A stretch of 64,000 nucleotides of DNA from Glaucostegus cemiculus. Lineage: Eukaryota. Positions 12,963-25,630 of the stretch are shown here, one piece after another (within the stretch, counting starts at the first letter, position 1; every line of letters begins with the position of its first letter). A program made the translations under genes and the position numbers. Location of the stretch: positions 27,466,001-27,530,000 of the forward strand of contig CDPCPM010000033.1 in NCBI GenBank assembly GCA_976551045.1, written 5' to 3'. The notes beneath the pieces are model-generated. The model worked only from the letters and a program-made list of their open reading frames with translations. It was not told the origin of the DNA and did no database searches.

Positions 12963-14729
12963 CTTCAAGAAATATTATAATTTTATGATTAGATATAACT
13001 CATAACCAAAGATACCATTATACCTTGTTAAAATAGCACCAACATATTACAGAGAAATTTGATACTTGACATTTATGCTTCTTTAGTAGATATATTGAAG
13101 AAGAAATTGGCTATCCACCAGGAACAAGTATGTAGAACAGAGTACATGATTAATCGGTGCTCATTCATTAACTTGCAGGGAACTGGTTAAACTGGTCTGA
13201 AAACAGTGAAAGATGGGAATAATTAGCAGGTAAGGCAGCATCTGTGAAGAGAGGAACAGTTAACCTTAAAAACTGTTAACCTCTCATTAGAACAGAACTT
13301 TCACCTGTTTGATGCAAGTTCATCAGCCGATACACTAACTTTGTTTCTCTCTCCCCAAATGATGCCAGATATGCTGAGCAATTGCAGAATTTTCTGGTTT
13401 AGTATCATGTTTCAAGTATCTGCAGCTTTTTGTTTTTTACATAAAGTTAACTGAAATGTTGTCTATTGGCTGCAGGTTATGGGAAGAATATAAGAATTAA
13501 AGGAAATAGGAGCAAGTGTAGGCCACTTCTTTACTTCAGATTTTACTTCCACACATATCAATCTTCCTTCTATTTTCACTTCAGATACCTACAAGTGGCA
13601 CCTTTCCAGTCAGTGATAGAAGAAGAAGACGACAGAAATGCTGAAGAAGCGTTGTCACTGAATTTTACTTGTAGCTCAGAGATTGATATTGTGCATTTTT
13701 ATGAGGATACATGAGGCCCATATGTATAAGCCAGGGCAGAAGGAATAATGGACTATGCAAATGCTAGCTCACCAGAGATAATATCATACATTAATTCTGC
13801 TTCAGAGGTGTTCTGATGAAGACTTTGGTGGCCGACTAAAGAGGAAGACTGATTCATGAACGTTACCAAGTGCCTAGTGTACTGTTAAAACTTCCAGAGT
13901 TACTAACTGTAAAGGAGACCAGCACCAAACTGCTATCCAGCTATGCACAAATCTGAGGTCCCACCTTCCAAGCATGGAAGTAGTCATTATTTCCATCATC
14001 ATATCAGTTCATCCAAGCATGATGCACCATACTATGACTGATCAAAGGTCTGACCCCTGTAGATGAAGCTTAGAATGTCTCCAATGAACCTAATAACAGT
14101 GTCACAATTGTTTATGAATTTGTTCGCCAAAAGATCAGCAGGATAGCTGAAGAGCTACCTCAGGAAAATAGTAGTGGTGTATTGCTCCCTTTTCTCAGGA
14201 GAATTTCAGCTCCTACCTCTGACACTCTGGCAAATGACTCTTATCTATCTGCCAAACTGCCCAGAATGCTGCCATGACGTGATGCAACCTGGCATTGAGC
14301 TTTCCAGGTGCTGAGCTGCTTCAGTTTGTTATCCAAGGAAATCTGCGGTCTCAAATCAGCAGTTCCAATGCCCATGCTGCATGTACTGTGAAAGGGCTAT
14401 ATAAGAGCGCCAGCAGAGACAAAGGTAAACACGAAGCAAGCACTTTTATGTCATGTTTACATTTATAACTTTGTATTAGAATATGCATTTCCATCCAGGT
14501 TTCATTTTTCTGTTGGCAGAACAGGGATATTTCATTGGTCCTTGATAGAAGACAGGTAAGAAATATGGGCCTTGGACAAAAGGGAAGCTGTGGTTGACAT
14601 TACTTATAATCACTATTTATATTGTATCTTTCTTTCTCTTTGTGTTGCTCTTCTTGTTTCACTCCCATATCTTCTGCTTCTTCATTCTTCTGCTCTACTG
14701 ATTCCCATTCAATAGGTAGTGACAAGGAT

Positions 14730-15440
14730 TACTCCTTCATGATGACAAAGCTGATGTAGAATAAACGATGACACAATTAATCTTTATATCTGCGCAGATA
14801 AGAACTGCAAAGGATTTCTACGATATATTAGGCTGCAGAAGGTTTGCTTGTGGGTTGCCTTTTGCTCCTTGTGACAGCAAGACTCTTACAGTAGGCTCAT
14901 GGTATACCAATGCATGATTTCTGAATAGGGGCCATTAACTATCTTATGAGTGAATATCCCTCATTATCCAGTGGTCATCACTTTCCCTGTTTTAGTGGTC
15001 AAGCACAGGTGACAAAACAGAGGACAAAAAAGGGACTGCTGCAAAATGAAAGAACTGTGACTACTACCATGATAACAGGCTACCCATTCACCTACCCATG
15101 GTGACTCACTAGGTCAACAATGAAGGAATGAAATCCCTTTCAGTTCATTAAAATGGCCAAGATACATATGAGGTACATGTAAAATCATGTACGAGCTGTT
15201 GACAGCCCCTGAGACTTTGTGCTCATTCTGCCTGATGTCTGTAGCAAGAAGCAGTAAGAGGAAGCTGTACTTCTGTGCACAGAGAAGTACATTGATCTCC
15301 ATTCCTGGAAACGGTGATATGTTGCTTGTATCTCCTGGAATACGCTGGAAAAAGCCTGATTCAAAAAAGGTAAGAACCACAGTCACTGTGATAAGTACAA
15401 GCAATACTGCCCTTGCTCCAGCTTCAAGTTGAAATCTGAC
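14730..15440 (-). mobile_element. Decayed Harbinger transposase relic in the long unit
   Basis: ORF 15114..15404 has VTVVLTFFESGFFQRIPGDTSNISPF...GAVNS..LHVPH..LKG. Confidence 0.85.
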
Positions 15441-15977
15441 TCATAACCTGGCATGGTGCCTCGCTTTAAGTTTCCATTTTAAAAAGAAATGAGAGGAAAT
15501 TGCTTCTTTTAATTTGAGGTGACAAACTCCTAACACGAGGGTTTAAAGAACAAAAATTGGCTCTGCAAACCATTTTGATACAATTATGAATTCTCAAAAC
15601 AGTACTATTTATGCTTTATATTGATATAGAACCACATTTTATATCTACTATTATTGAAGTCATAAATTAGTCATAAATACAGGCCCCTGGTAATTGACAA
15701 CAATGACCAATTGAGGCAATTTCATAAGTTGTCCATTGTCTGCAAACTCAATAATCAGCCAATGGAATATCGAGGACATTTATTTCCCTACCACATTCAA
15801 GGTCAACCTAAAGATTTGTCTGATCCTCGATTGTGCAATAGAATTTATAGTAACAATAACAATACATAAATAAATCAAAACCCAAATGTAAACAGAACAG
15901 AATTAATAATTAAATAGTAACAAGGTACTTTCTCACATAAATATTTCAAGTATTTAAATCAATAAAAAGATACAGAC

Positions 15978-16046
15978 CTTTTTCTGGAGTAACCTCTTTC
16001 TTTGGTTTCAATGGTTCAGGAGCTGGCTTCTTAGGAACTTCAGGCA
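15978..16046 (-). CDS. ttn: PEVK 69-nt repeat exon, copy 1 (VPEVPKKPAPEPLKPKKEVTPEK)
   Basis: ttgaag/GTCTGT. Confidence 0.88.
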
Positions 16047-17413
16047 CTTCAAGAAATATTATAATTTTAAGATTAATTAAACTGTCATAAAACAATACCA
16101 ATATGACATGATAAAATAGCACAAACATATAATAGACTAATTTGATACCTTACATTTACTCTTCTCCAGTAAACATATTAAAGAAGAAAATGGCTAACTA
16201 CCAAAAACAGGTATGTAGAACAAGGTACATAATTAATCTGTGCTCATTCATTACTTTGCAGACAACAGGTTAAACTGGTCTGAAAAACAATAAAAGATGG
16301 GAATACTTAGCAGGCCAGGAAGCATCTGTGAAGAAAGAAACAGTTAACCTTTGAAATTGATGACCTTTCATGAGGATTAATGAACAGAATTGTAACCTGC
16401 CTGATGCAAGTTCATCAGCCTGAAACATTAACTCTGTATCTTGCCTCGAATGATGCCAGACTTTCATGATGCAGCATCTGATGGCTGACAAAAGGTCTGG
16501 CTTCTGTATAGGAAAATTAGAATGTCTCCAAGAACTCAAAATACCTCCGTTCAAAAGGGCTTCCACAATGCCACAGTCACATCTTTCTTCAAAAGATCAG
16601 CAGGATAGTTGAAGAACCACCTCAGGAAAATAGGAGTGGCACCATGCTACCCTTTCACCCATTCTTGTCTGAGGCATGAAATTCGAAATGGCAGTGTTGC
16701 AACAAAGACTAATGTGATAACATGACTGCTCTGCTTGTTCCTAGCATACTATTTTAAACTTGCACGGACACCGTGTGTACATTACACTTCTGACACAAAA
16801 TTCAAGCTTTTTTCAATGGGCACTATGGAGCTTAATTTTCCCCCAGTGGGACAGATCATCAAATTTGACTGGATGTAATGGAATGTCATTGATTTGAACT
16901 ATTAACTTTCTTTCTCTCTCTGCCAATGAGTACTTCTAATATTTTCTGTTTTAGTAAAACTTATACAATGCCCTCTTAGAAACTACTTGACTTTCAATGC
17001 TGATTTTACAGCTGACATAAATGATCAAAATAATAATAAACAATAATTAAATTTGCTAGCATTCATCTATAGTAAATCATTCCCAGGAGAAGTAAACTGA
17101 AAGCCAGTTTATGTCAAAGAGTTTGGTCATATTTTTCAATACCCAATAATCATAGTAAGGATCATGGATAACAACATCATTTCTGGGGTGATTTCAAATC
17201 CGTGAGTACAAAATCCAGTACTCATTTAATTGATATTATGTATTGAAACTTACTTCCAACTGCTGTTTTGCTAGAACTTTATCAATAATCCATCCAAACA
17301 GATATACTATGATACAAATCGCATCAAAAGAAGTTGACAAATTTGGGAAACATATAAATACAATCTTTAAATATGCACACTTAAAGCTATATAAAATTTA
17401 AGTATTTTTGTAC

Positions 17414-17488
17414 CTTCTGGTTGAACATCCTCTTTGGGAACGGCAGCTGGTTTTAGTTCATCAACTTTCTTCTTAGCAACCTCTGGCA
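17414..17488 (-). CDS. ttn: PEVK exon (VPEVAKKKVDELKPAAVPKEDVQPE)
   Basis: 75 nt, ttaaag/GTACAA. Confidence 0.88.
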
Positions 17489-18088
17489 CTTTAAAGAACA
17501 GTAGTTTAATTTAGCAATGGGTTTAGTAATGTACAAATTCAACTTTTTTAATTTTACATTTGAGTTCTGTTCATAATAAAGCAAAAAAATGAGCTAAACA
17601 TAAAATAAGGATATGGAAAAAATAGTACATAAAGTATTAATAGCTTACCTAAAAAAATTAGTTGCTGAGACATTATCCTGCTTTTAGCCTTGTTAAAAAT
17701 AATTTGAAAATATCCTGCACTATTTCTTCAGTTAAATAAAAAAAAACAATTCACTCACTGGTAATATAATATATACCTGTAATTTCTATAACAGACATAT
17801 AGTTACTAATATTTGCATTTGAAGATCAAGCCATAGATTATTGACTATGTTCTCCACAGAATAAAATATGACACTGACAATTATAATGAGGGTAACACAA
17901 AGGTATAATATATCACAACACAAATAGAAACTACACAATAATAGCAACTATGACAACCAAAACAAAGATTTAAGTTGTTTAATTGTGCAAAAAGATGATC
18001 CAAAAGATTGACAATTCTACATGGACAGGAACAGAACATTGTTAGACAACATTAGCATTTAACTCAAATCCTTCCTTTTTGCTTATAC

Positions 18089-18160
18089 CTTTCTTTGGAG
18101 GAATTTTCACTTTTTCTGGAACTTGCTTCTCCACTTCAATAACAGGCTCTTTTAGAAGCT
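18089..18160 (-). CDS. ttn: PEVK exon using a shifted acceptor (ELLKEPVIEVEKQVPEKVKIPPKK)
   Basis: Expected acceptor reads ttaaaa; in-frame acag 6 nt inside gives 72 nt; donor GTATAA. Confidence 0.62.
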
Positions 18161-18601
18161 CTGTCATTTTAAAGAACATTATCATCATCTTAGGTAAGCT
18201 TATCTTAGAATGAGTTTACTTCAAGAATTTCAAAATGATGAAGATATCTAAACTAAGATATCTGACAGGCAAAAACTAATACAATATAGTATTTTATATT
18301 GCAATAATATAAGTACTGAATTTAAATAGATATGATTCCACCAGGCATTAGGTTTTACACACAATAGCATGAGCAGTACAGACAAATTTAAAACATCAGC
18401 CATGTTAGCTAATACACTGCAGCACAATAGTATATTGGATGAGTAATCATAAAAGAATGAATGGAACAAGAAGTACTAAGTAAAATCTGATTATGATTTG
18501 TGAAAAGAAATAGGTTTTTTTTAAACATCGTAGGAAAGAACAGGACCCCATAATGCATAACTTATGGGTTTATATGTGATGTTTCCAATGTTGTTTTGTA
18601 C

Positions 18602-18664
18602 CTTTAGTCAGTGCAACTTCTTTCAGTGGTTCTTCAGCAACTGGTTCCTTTGGAACATCTGGCA
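18602..18664 (-). CDS. ttn: PEVK exon (VPDVPKEPVAEEPLKEVALTK)
   Basis: 63 nt, ttaaag/GTACAA. Confidence 0.87.
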
Positions 18665-19009
18665 CTTTAAAGAACATTATTGATTTAAAATGAGCTTCAT
18701 GTAAGATTAACAATGAAGCTAGTTAAGCAAATCCAGACAGATACAACACATATAGTATATACAAAGCTAATATAAAATGTAACTGCAAAGGCAGAAAATC
18801 AGTATCTGGGTAATCACTAGCAAGAATGCCATACTTCAGAATTGGTGAAATTCTTCTGAGAGAAATGTATTAGATATATTTTCACTGGAAAGGAAATACT
18901 AAAACAAATTCTGGAGGGGATCATGGAAGTGACCACATAAAGTAGAAATAGCTTGCATGGCAGAAAGAGAAAGGACTGAGAAATATTTGTACAGAAATTT
19001 GTTATATAC

Positions 19010-19090
19010 CTGTTATCAGAGTGGTCTTTTCTCTTGAAATTTTAATTGGTTGGACTTGTTCGGCAATTGGTTTCTGTGGCATCTCCAGAA
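19010..19090 (-). CDS. ttn: PEVK-type exon (VLEMPQKPIAEQVQPIKISREKTTLIT)
   Basis: 81 nt, tcaaag/GTATAT. Confidence 0.8.
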
Positions 19091-19645
19091 CTTTGAAGAA
19101 TATCATTGTTTATTATAGATTTACTATGTACACAATATTCAGATTTGTGTATCAATTAAGATAACATGAAACAAACACAGCAGACAAAATGGACATAGTT
19201 GCAATTCTCTTACGGAAGGACATACATATTGACTATTTTATGTAAACTTTTTGTTGGAATTTGAACAGCAAAGAGCCAGAAGTTTTTTTTTGTAGAATAC
19301 CTTAGCCACAATAATTAAAAAATAATGATAAACTTAATTCATTGTGTTAAATTATAAATTTATAGAATAACATTATTTTGCATTAACCTCTGTTAGTTAA
19401 GTTTAACTGATAGCAGGTAAGACAAGTAAAACATTTCATCCAGATTAGCATCATTTCTATAACTGCACATACAATACAGACAAATGTAAAATCCATTCAT
19501 TAACATGTACACGCACATTGAAGATAACTATTAATGAAAATGGCAGACTTTTTGGGATAGACTTAGAAAGATGATTATGAAAAGCAGGAATTATTTTCAT
19601 CATATTGCATAAAAGTTGGTAAGAAATCTCAAGCATCTGTTGTAC

Positions 19646-19729
19646 CTTTAACTGGAGCAGCCACCTCCCTTTTTTGAACAACATCTTGCTGGAATTCTTC
19701 AATAACAGTCTTCGTATAAACTTCGTTCA
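19646..19729 (-). CDS. ttn: PEVK-type exon (VNEVYTKTVIEEFQQDVVQKREVAAPVK)
   Basis: 84 nt, tcaaag/GTACAA. Confidence 0.82.
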
Positions 19730-20700
19730 CTTTGAAGAATATGGTTGTTTAAAGATACAATTCATAAGTAGTTTCAAAACCATTAAAAATAAGCAGAATC
19801 AAAGCACATAAATGACATAACAACATCAACTAACATTTTAATTTGGAAAGACACATAACCCAAACATCTATGGACCAAGCAGGCAAGTTCTTATGTGGGG
19901 ATTGCGCCCTGTGAAAACATTTGCTATGGACAAACTTAAAATATATAACATTGGGAGAATACCACCAATTTGCTGATAAATCAGCTCAAAATCCATCAAG
20001 GAATTTAAAATGTTCAGCATAAAATTGAGCATAAAACAATTGGGGCTCCCTAGTGGGAACACATTTTAACTGTCCACTTACATCTTATAGATCCCAGGAC
20101 TTAATGACAAATTTGGTAGGTGGCAGGAATGCAAATTTGTTACTATGCTCAGTTATTGAACTCTACATGGAGTTGTGATTATAGAGATTTCAGATGCTGT
20201 GACTCCACAGCACTACACTGGGGAGATGCCTCTCCTATCCTGTGTCAGAATAATCTGGTACAGGATCTGAGAACTCCTTGATTTCATTGGGGTTCCTGGG
20301 TCCGTAGATTAGGAGGCAATGAGAAGGTAAGTTAATCTTTTTTGACAGAAATCAAAGCTCAGTCTCCAGCTTTGTCTTCTGTCAAAATTTGTTGGGGGTA
20401 TTTCAGGGAGTAATCTCTATACTACTTTATCATTCGGATCTTGCTGCCCACCTCAAGGGTGCCAACAACCAGAAAGGTCAACCTTCTGAATCTGGGTCAA
20501 GTGAATGCTAGTATGCAGAATTGTTAGCAACAATTCCTATTGCTGCATCTGTTCCAGCAGGTTGTGGCCTTATAAAAAAATTGCAATTTATTAAAATATT
20601 GATGTCATAATATTTAATTTCAATTAAATATATTTAGCCAATAAAACTTCAACTGCTCAATCCATTGTCCATTTCAATCAAAAATAATTAATGTAACCTG

Positions 20701-20960
20701 CTCTCTTTGCATTACTAGCATGGGTGAGGAGGTACAGGGGCCTGAAGACCCACACTCAATGTTTTAGGTACAGCTTCTTCCCCACAGCCATCTGATGTCT
20801 GAACGGTCCGTGAACCCACGAAAACTACCCAATTATCTATCTATCTATCTATTTATTTTTGTAGCTTTTTAGTAATTTTTATGATTTGCACTGCTCTGTT
20901 TCCACAAAACAACAAATTTTACGACATGTATCAGTGATAATAAACCTAATCCTGATTCGG
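20701..20960 (+). mobile_element. Rex1/Babar-type LINE 3' end
   Basis: RRYRGLKTHTQCFRYSFFPTAI C-terminus, AATAAA and ctgatt-type tail. Confidence 0.75.
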
Positions 20961-21174
20961 ATGTACCCCACAAAGCATTGAAAAGTGCATCCAGATATAT
21001 AATAGCAACATCACAATGTCACAGAACAGCAAAATACACAAAATGAAAACAAATGACACTTAAGGATAAGAAGCAAGTTTCTAGTTATGGTGAGTGAATT
21101 TCATCATGAGAAATATAAATTGTTCACACTTTCTTCATTAAAGTTCATATGGATGCCCTCGTTTCATCTCGTAC

Positions 21175-21240
21175 CTTTCATTGTCATGATCTCTTCCCTT
21201 CTTGGTTTTAATTCTTCTGCCACTGGCTTCTTGGGAATTT
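21175..21240 (-). CDS. ttn: PEVK exon using a shifted acceptor (EIPKKPVAEELKPRREEIMTMK)
   Basis: Expected acceptor reads ttaaaa; in-frame ccag 6 nt inside gives 66 nt; donor GTACGA. Confidence 0.65.
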
Positions 21241-23139
21241 CTGGCATTTTAAAGGATGTTATATTGTTTCAGGATGAGATTAATTTAAGAAACAATTAAA
21301 ACATTCAGAAACTCAGAATAACATGAAACAAACAAGACAAATAGAATGAGCACAATACATTACTTCAAACAAAGTATCAGCTAACAATAAAAATAATACC
21401 ATAACCATACTTGGACCATTCTGTGAGCTGGGGGTACAAATTATTATGCCTCTAATTGAAAAACAGCAATATATTTTTTCCAGTGTTATAGCCAATATTT
21501 ATCTTAGCCTACAACACACAAAAAAACCTTAGACAATGCTAAAAACACTTATTAGGTCAGGCAGCATCTGCAGAAAGATAAACAATACTAATATCCCAGG
21601 TTGAAGACACTTCATGAGTACTGGAAAAGTTTTGATGAAGGGTCTTTGATATGAAATATTAATGGTGTTTCCTTTTCCACAGACACTAACCTTACCAGCT
21701 GAGAGTTTATTTCCAGAGTTCCAGTATTTGCAGTTTTTGTTTTACCCTAATTCTACTTTTTGTTCCTTTCACAATACTCATCGATGTAGTATGGTAAGTC
21801 CTCATTATCCATTGATTTACTATCCAAATAACTCTGTACTCAGAAAGGTGGCCATGCATTACTGGGAGTATTGAGAAAGGTAGTGCATCCTTCCAGAATT
21901 TTCTCAAGTAGTGTCCAGTGAGACCTATTTGCCATGAGATTGATTGCACCTTATGTAGTGAAATATCAAAAGTTGGTTTGCAGCCAGAGTGTGGGTGAGT
22001 TCACCAGCGAGAGCTAGAGTTGGGGTCAGGGTCAGGGTAAGGAACACTGTGGGTCTTGAAACTGGGTAGGTTTGTACTCCGGGCCAGCGGCCAGCGTGTA
22101 GGCCAGGTATATGGTTGGATATGGGGTCTGAATGTGGACTGGATGTGTTGACAAGCTAAAACGTACAAGCTGAAACTTCCATAGCAAAAAACTAGAGGAA
22201 CTCAGTAGGTCATGCAGCATCTGTGAAGACAAAGAGATAGCCAACATTTCAAGTTGAGACCATGCATCAGGACTGACGGTGTAAAGGGCAGTTGTTAACA
22301 GTTGTTATATCCATATGGTATGCGGGTGGGGTGTTAACTAATGAATACTGAATGTCATTGCAGCCTGAGTGTCACTGCCAGCAGCTTTAGTGGTATCTGC
22401 ATTTTTTGTTACCTGTAGAAAGTTAATGCCAAACTCTCTCATAAATAAAGTGTGGAATGACTGCATATGTGCAAATTGGCAGGCACATTTTCCTTCATTA
22501 AAAATGACTGCACTTCAAAACTATGTCACTCACTATGAAATTCTTCTGGATGTCCTGAAGAAGTGGAAGGAGCAACATAAATGCACACTCTTGCAAATCA
22601 ATTTTTGCTTTTATTTTTGCAGACATTCCTTACTGGGTGCTCCCATTCTCCTACACTCTACAATCAATATATTTTGTATCATCTTATCTAGAACTGCAGA
22701 GCATAGTCTAGAACCGGGGATGAGTGGGAACATGGGATAAGTGATTGGCCATTTACAACTGAAATGTGGAAAAAAAATTCTTCACATAGAGGAATATAAA
22801 GTTACAGATGTTTAGTTGTTGATATATTCAAGGCTTAGATAGATTTTTGGGCACTAAGAGAATTGGAGAGAATCAAGTGGAAAAGGGGATTAGGTGCCGA
22901 TTCAGTTATGATCTCAATGGAAGAGCAAGCTCATGGGGACTTTTGACTGATCCTGCTTCTGTCACTTCTAATTCTTATGATCTAATGGCTCTTTCATCTT
23001 CTACAATACTCTCTTCAATTGTAATTTGTCTTGTACTATATAATTTGGCAATTAAAATACGTAATTTCAAGCCATCAGAACTGCAAACTCTCTCATCCCT
23101 CCATCTTCCTTTGTTAACACTAAGAGATGCTAGGTGTAC

Positions 23140-23435
23140 AGAAATGCACCAGCACTTTAGATGCCCGACACCAGCCCGTTCACTTTAAGAACTATTTATT
23201 TATTTACTGGCCATTTTTTAATTTAATCTGCGCAATAATTCAATTTCAATCTCCATAGCTTCTAATGTGTAATGTTTTGTACTGTGTATTCTGCCAAGTG
23301 TGTATGTGTCTCTCTGTTGGTTGTTATGTTATTCTTTTTTTTTATGGGACGAGCACCTGAGGAGGACGGTATCTCGCTCCTATGCGTACCATGTATGTAC
23401 ATGGTTGTGACAATAAAACTGATTCTGATTCTGAT
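23140..23435 (+). mobile_element. LINE 3' UTR fragment
   Basis: Ends gacaataaaactgattctgattctga (poly(A) signal plus short tandem tail). Confidence 0.5.
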
Positions 23436-23624
23436 TAAATTAATCACTAATTACTTTTGAGTTAACTTCTTCTCTTATGACACAGAGGTACAGCACATTT
23501 GACAATGCTACAAGAAACATATCAAATGAACATTTCAGAAGCGAAAAGGTACTAATAAGACACAAAAGACAACAAAAAGAAGTCATTAAAATGGAAGAAC
23601 GTTTTTTCTTGAAGTATTTTATAC

Positions 23625-23705
23625 CTGTTACCATGATGATCTCTTTTCTTAGCATAGTATCTGGCTCAGCTTCAGTATCAAATTGCTTCTCTGGAATCTC
23701 CAAGA
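23625..23705 (-). CDS. ttn: PEVK-type exon (VLEIPEKQFDTEAEPDTMLRKEIIMVT)
   Basis: 81 nt, ttcaag/GTATAA. Confidence 0.8.
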
Positions 23706-23983
23706 CTTGAAAGAATATGATTAAGAATGAAAGTTATCAAAGCCAGCATCCATAATTTTAAAGTATTTTTAAAAAGAAAGTATAATGTAAAACACACAGG
23801 ACAGACAAATCTAACACAAGATGATAAAGAATACATAGATTATATCCAAAGATATTATGCTGATATATTGCTAAAAGTGACAGCTGATCTTTCTGCATGA
23901 GTGGTTTATCCAGTAAATTTCATATCAGTATAGCAGAGCAGTTATAAAGTAAAGCTAAGATTGCATGAGTTTTTCATTTATAC

Positions 23984-24067
23984 CTTTTCTTGAGATGACT
24001 TCCCTTTTTCTTGAAACAGCAACTATCTCAACATCTTCCCGTATTTCAGGCTTGGAAATCTCCAGCA
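23984..24067 (-). CDS. ttn: PEVK-type exon (VLEISKPEIREDVEIVAVSRKREVISRK)
   Basis: 84 nt, ttcaag/GTATAA. Confidence 0.8.
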
Positions 24068-25546
24068 CTTGAATAAACATTGTGTTTTAAGATTAAGTCA
24101 ATTTAAGAAAATACACTTCATGAAAGATACTTAAGTAATAAATTAACATTACACAAAATATACAGTACATCACAAGAAGACTCGAAATGATATTATGCCC
24201 TATGGACCACAAAGATACAAATAATTATTTGCAGTGTGACTGACAATGAAAAACATCTACCTGATCAATTTGAGTATAAATCTGATAGTGTAACTTGAAA
24301 AATTTTCACTGTGTTTGCCAATAAAATGTTTGACTTCAATAATAACAGCATGCTCCTTCAAATATGATGATTAATATAATTGATTAAAATGTAATTTATT
24401 GAAAGGCATGGTCATTGAATCACAACTGAAAAAAATTCTAGAAAATAATGGGCTGAATCAAGTAGACCTGGAATATGTTGAGTGACAGATGCCTGGGGAT
24501 CTGCCATCCACTCAAATTCATCTTTACATCAGGGAATCCCTCTCTCTGATCATGCCAGATAAACCAGCAATGGGAAAGAAAACAGAAAATTTAGGAAAAA
24601 CTCAGCAAGTCAAGCAGCATATAAGGAGAGAGAAAGAGTTAACATTTTAGGTTGGTCAGCTTTCATCAGCTCTGCAGTTTTTTGAATTTCAAAACCTGCA
24701 AAGGTAATTGGAGTCCCTTTATTTGAATAGAAATTCCCAGCTCTGCAGCATACATTGGAAAAGGATGAGTCATCTTTTTACATCTTTTGTTTCTAATTAC
24801 TTCCTAGTTATTAATATGGTTACTCCATTTTATTTCTTTTTGAAATGTTGAATAACTATTTAAATTAACCTCAATAAGTTTAAAATGTCTCTGATTATTA
24901 AGTATATTTAAAAACTGTTAAAACACCATCAAAGGCTTTGAGAAGAGGCAAAGAATGGACAGGCTCAAGTTCTTTTCTTCCAGGAAAGATTATGAAGTGA
25001 TGATTAAGGTTTTTAAAATTATGCAGGGATTCAATAGACATAAGAAAGCAGTTGTGGAAGAGTCAAGTGCTAGCTACAATGAAGAAAAAACAGTCATTAC
25101 TAAAGCATATTAATAATCCTTCATTAGTGAATGATTAAATGTAGAACTTGCTACTGTTGAAAATTTGAGGTGATTAATTTGGATGACCATACACTATTGC
25201 TGGATCAGTAGATGAGAAGGAAGGAATACAGGAGTATCTTGATACGGTGAGATGATGGGAGGAAATTTGTGTGAAGCATAAACACTGGCAGAGATCTATG
25301 AGGTTGATTGGCTGGTATACATGATCAAAAAGATTATGTAATCTATGTACATAACAACTACAACGCACAACTAGAAAACAACGAAAAAATCGGTACACTT
25401 TAACAGATTCAATGGTAACTTGGTAAGTCAATGAATTCCAATCAAATAAAAAAGGACAAGAAACAGTTCCACATAAGAGTAATGTGTTCCCAGGAAGGGT
25501 ATTAAGATTATGATGGTGTACTTAGAGTATCTTTACAATTTTATAC

Positions 25547-25630
25547 CTTTGATTGGTGCAACTTCATCTTTCCTTGGAACAATAGCCGGTTTTTCTTCTG
25601 GTTTTACTGGCACTTTGGGAATCTCTGGTA
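25547..25630 (-). CDS. ttn: PEVK exon (VPEIPKVPVKPEEKPAIVPRKDEVAPIK)
   Basis: 84 nt, tttaag/GTATAA. Confidence 0.9.

Larger units (their letters stand above)
1..16660. repeat. Tandem segmental array of [PEVK exon + Harbinger-derived intron], 8 exon-bearing units, continues left of the window
   Basis: Exon spacings 4320, 1228, 1775, 1207, 1199, 1167, 3084 nt; intron sequence is homologous between units. Confidence 0.95.

Noticed and set aside
1998-16046. Near-identical 69-nt direct repeats resembling a CRISPR-like array
   Set aside because: They are spliced exons separated by kb-scale homologous introns in a vertebrate gene; no unique spacers or cas genes
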